From positions 1-20,059 of IMG/VR virus record IMGVR_UViG_2734482785_000006: 20,059 bases of DNA; one strand, given 5' to 3'. The notes beneath the pieces are model-generated. The model was not told the DNA's origin and did no database searches. It was given only the letters and a program-made list of their open reading frames with translations. This document shows, piece by piece, positions 15,126 through 20,059 of this stretch. The first letter of the stretch is position 1. Every line of letters begins with the position of its first letter. The position numbers and the translations under genes are program-made. The DNA comes from a virus (lineage: Duplodnaviria > Heunggongvirae > Uroviricota > Caudoviricetes).

Positions 15126-15518
15126 ATGTCTGAACCCTTATCCGGTTCCGGCACGGCTGCGGCGCTCGGCGGGGCGACGGTATTCGGGCTGTTTACCGGA
15201 ACGGATTTCGGGATTGTGTTTGGTGCATTCGCGGGGGCGTTGTTTGTGGCAACGATGCCACAGACGCTTTCAGCCTGGCGTGTGGCGGCGCATTTTCTGG
15301 TGTCGTTCATTATCGGCGTGCTGGGCGCAGAGGTTCTGGCATCCTGGCTGGTAAAGCATACAGGGTTTGACGGTGCACCTGTTGACGCATTGTGTGCAGT
15401 ACTGGTGTCAGTGGTGTCGGTGAAGATTCTGTCATTCATCCACCAGCAGGATATTGCATCACTGGTGTCCGGCCTGTTCTCCCGTCTGCGTGGCGGAGGA
15501 GGCGGCAATGTTAAGTAA
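15126..15518 (+). CDS. Putative holin-like membrane protein (130 aa)
   Basis: ATG at 15126 eight nt after AGGAG; several predicted transmembrane stretches (TVFGLFTGTDFGIVFGAFAGALFVA, FLVSFIIGVLGAEVLASWLV, ALCAVLVSVVSVKILSFI) and a charged C-terminus; first gene of the lysis block. Function inferred from position only. Confidence 0.4.
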   Translation: MSEPLSGSGTAAALGGATVFGLFTGTDFGIVFGAFAGALFVATMPQTLSAWRVAAHFLVSFIIGVLGAEVLASWLVKHTGFDGAPVDALCAVLVSVVSVKILSFIHQQDIASLVSGLFSRLRGGGGGNVK

Positions 15519-15783
15519 CCTTCCCGGATTGCTGAATGTGGCGTTATGCACGGTTATCGTGCTGACGCTCTTTTTTTATCGTCGCCGTGACTCCAGACAC
15601 AAACCGCTGCTGTCATGGCTGGCCTGGCTGCTGATGCTGCTTTATGGCTTTGCTCCACTCAGCTATCTGTGTGGTCGCCCGTTAGCAACGGGCTGGCTGG
15701 AAGTGTTTTTTAATCTGCTGTTCTGCGTGCTGGTGATACGCGCACGCGGGAACGTCATAAAAATCTTTCCATTGTTGAGGTGA
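15508..15783 (+). CDS. Membrane protein (91 aa), holin/antiholin-like by position
   Basis: ATG at 15508 after GGAGGAGG, overlapping the previous gene; hydrophobic segments LLNVALCTVIVLTLFFY and LSWLAWLLMLLYGFAPL; basic C-terminus. Confidence 0.4.
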   Translation: MLSNLPGLLNVALCTVIVLTLFFYRRRDSRHKPLLSWLAWLLMLLYGFAPLSYLCGRPLATGWLEVFFNLLFCVLVIRARGNVIKIFPLLR

Positions 15784-15785
15784 AT

Positions 15786-16163
15786 ATGCCGGGTAAATTC
15801 AGATTCAGCCGTCGCAGTGAAAAAAATCTGGAGGGCGTCAAACCACAGCTGGTTGCTGTCGTTCGCCGTGCGCTGGAGCTGACGGAGGTTGATTTCGGTA
15901 TTACGGAAGGCCTGCGCAGTAAGTATCGCCAGAAACAGCTGGTCGCGGAAGGGAAAAGCCAGACCATGAACAGCCGCCACCTGACCGGTGATGCGGTGGA
16001 TGTTGTGGCCTACATTGGCAGCCAGGTGTCATGGGACTGGCCTCTGTACGAGAAAATCGCGCAGGCATTTAAGCAGGCTGCCGCAGAGCTGGGGACTGCC
16101 ATCGAATGGGGCGGGGACTGGAAAACACTGAAAGACGGGCCTCACTTTCAGTTGAAACGCTGA
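15786..16163 (+). CDS. Endolysin, peptidase M15 (L-alanyl-D-glutamate peptidase / VanY-like) family, 125 aa
   Basis: ATG at 15786 after GAGG; motifs SRHLTGDAVDV and DWKTLKDGPHFQL typical of M15 zinc peptidase endolysins. Confidence 0.7.
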   Translation: MPGKFRFSRRSEKNLEGVKPQLVAVVRRALELTEVDFGITEGLRSKYRQKQLVAEGKSQTMNSRHLTGDAVDVVAYIGSQVSWDWPLYEKIAQAFKQAAAELGTAIEWGGDWKTLKDGPHFQLKR

Positions 16164-16177
16164 TAACCAGGTGTGTT

Positions 16178-16360
16178 ATGAGCAGAAAACACTGGACACA
16201 CAGAATGCCGCGAACGGCGGCGAAATGGGCATTGGTAGCGATACTGGTGCCTTTTTTTCTGGTGGGATGCGTCAGTCTGGATAAGGCGCGCCAGCTTTTC
16301 GATACAGCTTCTCAGGTCTGTGAAATTGTCGACGGTGTTCGGCAGTGTCTGCAGAACTGA
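16178..16360 (+). CDS. Small lipoprotein (60 aa), possible outer-membrane spanin-like lysis component
   Basis: ATG at 16178; signal peptide with lipobox AKWALVAILVPFFLVGC; short Cys-containing mature part; location right after the endolysin. Confidence 0.4.
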   Translation: MSRKHWTHRMPRTAAKWALVAILVPFFLVGCVSLDKARQLFDTASQVCEIVDGVRQCLQN

Positions 16361-16533
16361 TCGCCTGTAAGAGCAGAATATTTTGCTGAAAAATGAAGGA
16401 TGCGCCAGCGTCCTGAAAGCATGAAATTCTGCTGTGTGTGTCAATTTGTCTTATACATTCTGAATATTGCCGAATCAGGATGAACTTTGATCAGCAGCCC
16501 GGGCGGCAAGGGGCATTTTTATCCGGAGGGGAT

Positions 16534-16740
16534 ATGAAGAGATTACTGGTAACCGTAAAGCCCTTTAACGGAACGATTCCATTCAGGGTTTTGCAGCGCG
16601 GACGTGTTCTGGTTAAGGATATCTTCAGTGGTAAATGCACGGAGTGTTATTCCCGGACATATGAAGTGGATGCCACGGATGAAGAGGTAACTGTTGAGTG
16701 TGATAGCGGGATAGTCTCAGCTACATTGCTTCATGGATGA
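16534..16740 (+). CDS. Hypothetical protein (68 aa)
   Basis: ATG at 16534 after GGAGGGG; product MKRLLVTVKPFNGTIPFRVLQRGRVLVKDIFSGKCTECYSRTYEVD... Confidence 0.4.
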   Translation: MKRLLVTVKPFNGTIPFRVLQRGRVLVKDIFSGKCTECYSRTYEVDATDEEVTVECDSGIVSATLLHG

Positions 16741-16765
16741 ACTGGGTTGTTGCTGGAGGATGCAA

Positions 16766-16966
16766 ATGAATTACCAGCTGGCAAAACTTTATCGTGGTAA
16801 ACATTTCGTAGGGTATGGGATTGCAGTTAATGGTGAGTTACTGGAAGGACAGCTTTTCGCCAGGACAGAGTCACGCGGAGGCGAGCCACCAACAGTCACT
16901 GTGACTTTCAGACTGACAGCAGAGCATATCGAGAATCAGCCCGTCATTAAACTGAACAGGGGGTGA
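16766..16966 (+). CDS. Hypothetical protein (66 aa)
   Basis: ATG at 16766 six nt after GGAGG (the track start at 16733 lacks a ribosome-binding site); product MNYQLAKLYRGKHFVGYGIAVNGELLEGQLFART... Confidence 0.35.
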   Translation: MNYQLAKLYRGKHFVGYGIAVNGELLEGQLFARTESRGGEPPTVTVTFRLTAEHIENQPVIKLNRG

Positions 16967-16973
16967 GGTATTT

Positions 16974-17324
16974 ATGCCATCACGAATCCCCCGCGCATGT
17001 CGTAAGCGAGGCTGCGCAGGCACAACAACAGACAGTTCGGGCTACTGCGATAAACATCGGGGTGAAGGCTGGGTGCAGCACCAGCGCGGACTAAGCCGCC
17101 ACCAGCGTGGCTATGGCTCAAAATGGACGGTGATTCGAGCCCGTATTCTGAAGCGCGATAAAGGTCTGTGTCAGTTGTGTCTGCGTGTCGGTGTGGTGCG
17201 CGAGGCGAAAACTGTGGACCACATCATTCCGAAAGCTCATGGTGGCACGGATGCAGACAGTAACCTGCAGAGTCTGTGCTGGCCCTGCCATAAAGCAAAA
17301 ACTGCGCGCGAACGTATCAACTGA
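16974..17324 (+). CDS. HNH endonuclease associated with the terminase module (116 aa)
   Basis: HNH signature CQLCLRVG...VDHIIPKAHGGTDADSNLQSLCWPCHKAK; position immediately upstream of the small terminase subunit, as in HK97-like packaging modules. Confidence 0.7.
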   Translation: MPSRIPRACRKRGCAGTTTDSSGYCDKHRGEGWVQHQRGLSRHQRGYGSKWTVIRARILKRDKGLCQLCLRVGVVREAKTVDHIIPKAHGGTDADSNLQSLCWPCHKAKTARERIN

Positions 17325-17439
17325 TAATTGTTCTCACCTGTAGGGAGGGGCGGGTCAAATCCCTGCAGCCCTGGCTGTCCGGGACCGCCCGCCTCGTCAA
17401 ATTTTTACACCCGCGAAATTAAAAATTTCAGGATTTGAC

Positions 17440-17910
17440 ATGTCAGGAAAATCTGTTGCGCCCGGAAGAGGGAGAAAGCCGAAGCCGACTACCCGTAAGG
17501 AGCTGGCAGGCAATCCCGGCAAGCGGGCATTAAATAAGTTTGAGCCAAAATTCACGCCGATCACCCATGCTGACCCTCCCGAGTGGTTTGATGAAACCGC
17601 TCGCCATATGTGGGATACCATTATTCGTGAGCTCTGTGCCCAGCGAGTTCTTTATGTTACTGATTTGCATAATGTCGTTGCATTCTGCACTGCTTTTCGT
17701 AACTGGCATGAGTCGCAGCAGGAGGTTATGCGCGTTGGGATTACGGTAGAGAGTGAGGCGGGGCCAAAGAAAAACCCGGCACTCACGGCGGCAAATGAGG
17801 CCGCCAGACAAATGGTGACATTCGGTAGTTTATTAGGACTCGATCCTGCCAGTCGGCAGCGGCTTATCACGCCGAAGCAGGGGAGCGATAATCCATTTAA
17901 AAACCTATGA
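17440..17910 (+). CDS. Terminase small subunit, P27 family (156 aa)
   Basis: N-terminal [28 protein letters not shown] motif characteristic of the P27-type small terminase; directly precedes the large subunit. Confidence 0.75.
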   Translation: MSGKSVAPGRGRKPKPTTRKELAGNPGKRALNKFEPKFTPITHADPPEWFDETARHMWDTIIRELCAQRVLYVTDLHNVVAFCTAFRNWHESQQEVMRVGITVESEAGPKKNPALTAANEAARQMVTFGSLLGLDPASRQRLITPKQGSDNPFKNL

Positions 17911-19637
17911 CACGAAAAAATTACGTGAACGTTAACGCCGCAAATCAGTATGCACGTGACGTGGTTCGCGGAAAAATTCAGGCTTGCCGTTATGTCGTTC
18001 TGGCCTGCCAGCGTCACCTTGATGACCTGGAAAATTCAGTTAAAAAAAACTATCCGTTTAAATTTGATAAGGATAAAGCTGAGCGGGTGGCGAAATTTAT
18101 CCAGCTTTTGCCACACACCAAAGGGGAGTGGGCATTTAAACGGATGCCCATTACGCTTGAACCCTGGCAGTTGTTCTGTATCTGTGTTGTGTTTGGGTGG
18201 GTGAGAAAAAAGAGCGGTCTGCGTCGATTTCGCGAGGCTTACAACGAAATACCCCGTAAAAACGGGAAATCAGCAATGTCTGCTGGCGTTGGTCTGTATA
18301 TGTTTGCCTGCGATGATGAATTTGGCGCTGAAGTGTATTCCGGGGCCACAACAGAGAAACAGGCGTGGGAAGTTTTTCGTCCAGCCAGACTGATGGCGCA
18401 ACGCACGGAGCCATTGCGCGAAGCATTTGGTATTGAAGTACATGCTCAAAGCATGAGCCGTCCGGAGGACGGTGCCCGTTTTGAACCGTTGATTGGAGAT
18501 CCCGGAGACGGCGCGTCGCCGAGTTGCGCTCTCATTGATGAATATCACGAGCATCAGACCGATGCGCTTTACCAGACGATGCAAACCGGGATGGGGGCGC
18601 GTCGTCAGCCGCTGATTTTTGGTATCACCACTGCGGGATATAACATTGAAGGACCATGCTACGACAAACGTCGTGAAGTAATCGAAATGCTTGAAGGGAT
18701 TGTGCCCAATGATGAACTGTTCGGGATTATTTATACCATTGACGACGGGGATGACTGGACAGATCCGGCGATATTGCGTAAAGCGAACCCCAATATGGGG
18801 ATTTCTGTCTACAGTGATTACCTGTTATCTCAACAGCGCGCGGCAATTAACAACCCACGAAAAGTGGGCGTGTTCAAAACGAAACATCTGAATATCTGGG
18901 TGGCAGCAAAAGACGCCTTCTTCAATCTTGTGAACTGGCAGAAATGTGAGGACAGGAGTCTGACGCTGGAGCGTTTTGAGGGGCATACCTGCATTCTGGC
19001 GTTTGACCTTGCGCGAAAGCTGGATTTGAACGCAATGGTACGACTTTTTACCCGAGAGATTGACGGTAAAACGCATTATTATTGTGTTGCACCCAAATTT
19101 TTTGTTCCCTACGACACAATCTACAGCGCTGATGTGACAGACAGTCGCACAGCAGAACGTTATCAGAAGTGGGTTGAAGGGGGATTTATTACCGTTACCG
19201 ATGGTGCGGAAATTGATTACCGGGAGATCCTTGAGTCTGCGAAAGAAGCAAATCGCTTAAACGCTGTGGAGGAGTCACCTATAGATCCCCACGGAGCCAC
19301 AAACCTTTCTCACCACCTTGCTGATGAAAACTTAAACCCTATTACCATCATTCAGAACTACACCAATATGTCGGATCCCATGAAGGAACTTGAGGCGGCT
19401 ATCGAGGCCGGGCGTTTTCATCATGATGGTAATCCTGTGATGACATGGTGTATCAGCAACGTGATTGGAAAGCACATTCCCGGCGACGATGATGTTGTTC
19501 GTCCGATCAAACAAGGCAACGAAAACAAAATCGATGGTGCTGTGGCGCTGATTATGGCAATTGGTCGTTGCATGCTATTTGAGAAAGAAGGCACGCTGTC
19601 TGACCACATTGAGTCCTACGGGATCCGCTCGCTTTAA
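17907..19637 (+). CDS. Terminase large subunit (576 aa)
   Basis: ATG overlaps the small-subunit stop (ATGA); size and ATPase-region motifs ([35 protein letters not shown]) fit the Terminase_1 family. Confidence 0.85.
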   Translation: MTRKNYVNVNAANQYARDVVRGKIQACRYVVLACQRHLDDLENSVKKNYPFKFDKDKAERVAKFIQLLPHTKGEWAFKRMPITLEPWQLFCICVVFGWVRKKSGLRRFREAYNEIPRKNGKSAMSAGVGLYMFACDDEFGAEVYSGATTEKQAWEVFRPARLMAQRTEPLREAFGIEVHAQSMSRPEDGARFEPLIGDPGDGASPSCALIDEYHEHQTDALYQTMQTGMGARRQPLIFGITTAGYNIEGPCYDKRREVIEMLEGIVPNDELFGIIYTIDDGDDWTDPAILRKANPNMGISVYSDYLLSQQRAAINNPRKVGVFKTKHLNIWVAAKDAFFNLVNWQKCEDRSLTLERFEGHTCILAFDLARKLDLNAMVRLFTREIDGKTHYYCVAPKFFVPYDTIYSADVTDSRTAERYQKWVEGGFITVTDGAEIDYREILESAKEANRLNAVEESPIDPHGATNLSHHLADENLNPITIIQNYTNMSDPMKELEAAIEAGRFHHDGNPVMTWCISNVIGKHIPGDDDVVRPIKQGNENKIDGAVALIMAIGRCMLFEKEGTLSDHIESYGIRSL

Positions 19638-19648
19638 CTGAGGTAATT

Positions 19649-19831
19649 ATGATCATGCTGATTCTCGCGCCTCTGGTGGGCGTGCTGGGTGTGCTTTTGC
19701 TGGCGTATGGCGCCTGGCTGATTTATCCCCCGGCGGGTTTTGTTGTTGCCGGGGCGCTGTGCCTGTTCTGGTCGTGGCTGGTTGCACGATATCTTGACCG
19801 TACACGGCAGTCTGTCGGCGGAGGTAAATAG
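19649..19831 (+). CDS. Small membrane protein (60 aa) between terminase and portal
   Basis: ATG at 19649 after GAGGT; two hydrophobic segments [23 protein letters not shown] and [16 protein letters not shown]. Confidence 0.4.
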   Translation: MIMLILAPLVGVLGVLLLAYGAWLIYPPAGFVVAGALCLFWSWLVARYLDRTRQSVGGGK

Positions 19832-20059
19832 TGTTCTTTTTGGGGTTATTTCAACGAAAAAGTGACGCACCGGTGACCACGCCAGCAGAGCTGGCGGAGG
19901 CTATCGGGCTGTCATACGACACCTATACCGGAAAGCGGATCAGCAGCCAGCGGGCCATGCGGCTGACGGCGGTCTATTCCTGCGTCAGGGTGCTGGCTGA
20001 GTCTGTTGGTATGCTGCCCTGCAGTCTCTACAAAATCAGCGGCACCCTTAAAACACGGG
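19831..20059 (+). CDS. Portal protein, N-terminal fragment (continues beyond window end)
   Basis: GTG at 19831 six nt after GGAGG, overlapping the previous stop; N-terminal motif RAMRLTAVYSCVRVLAESVGMLPCSLYK typical of HK97-family portal proteins. Confidence 0.6.
   Translation, partial: MFFLGLFQRKSDAPVTTPAELAEAIGLSYDTYTGKRISSQRAMRLTAVYSCVRVLAESVGMLPCSLYKISGTLKTR

Noticed and set aside
15058-15508. ORFs 15058..15354 and 15110..15508 overlapping the first lysis membrane gene
   Set aside because: Alternative frame or antisense; the chosen frame has the AGGAG ribosome-binding site and transmembrane character.
16361-16533. AGGATGC-gcca-GCGTCCT hairpin (16396..16413) flanked by GCAGAAT / ATTCTGC inverted repeats in the gap after the lipoprotein gene
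   Set aside because: No U-tract for an intrinsic terminator and no recognisable sRNA features; possibly a processing or regulatory structure but too weak to call.
17397-18584. Minus-strand ORFs inside the terminase genes
   Set aside because: Antisense to strongly supported terminase small and large subunit genes.
1-20059. Search for CRISPR arrays, rRNA, tRNA and insertion sequence ends
   Set aside because: No regularly spaced repeat-spacer arrays, no rRNA-like conserved blocks, no tRNA cloverleaf candidates and no transposase-like ORFs with terminal inverted repeats were seen.

Overview
This window reads as a contiguous stretch of a lambdoid (Qin/Rac-like) prophage from an Escherichia-like enterobacterium; all calls below rest on reading the sequence and on recalled family knowledge, with no database search run. 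Left to right: a leftward early operon (1-3768, minus strand) with a RecE-like exonuclease gene (truncated at the window edge), a YdfD-like gene, dicB, the DicF sRNA and a 72-aa gene, interrupted by an AT-rich convergent gene pair; an immunity region (4067-5330) where a DicA/CI-like repressor (PaaR2-like) is followed by a PaaA2-ParE2-type toxin-antitoxin pair and faces a Cro/YdaS-like gene across an operator-rich divergent promoter; a replication module (5824-7318) with an O/YdaU-like initiator carrying GTCACG iterons and a lambda P-like loader; a nin-like region (7315-13134) with translationally coupled unknown genes, an AT-rich HNH-containing cassette, a reverse-strand ParD/ParE module, DUF968, RusA and a QuuD-like Q antiterminator; a PR'/tR'-like late start followed by two terminator-flanked cargo genes (Rha/ORF6N-like and AraC-family regulators); a lysis cassette with an M15 peptidase endolysin; and an HNH + P27-type small terminase + large terminase + portal packaging module. 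No rRNA, tRNA or CRISPR array was found. The most promising places for undescribed biology are the accessory insertions: the convergent pair inside the dicBF operon, the AT-rich membrane-protein/HNH cassette, the TA pair in the immunity operon, and the post-Q cargo island.
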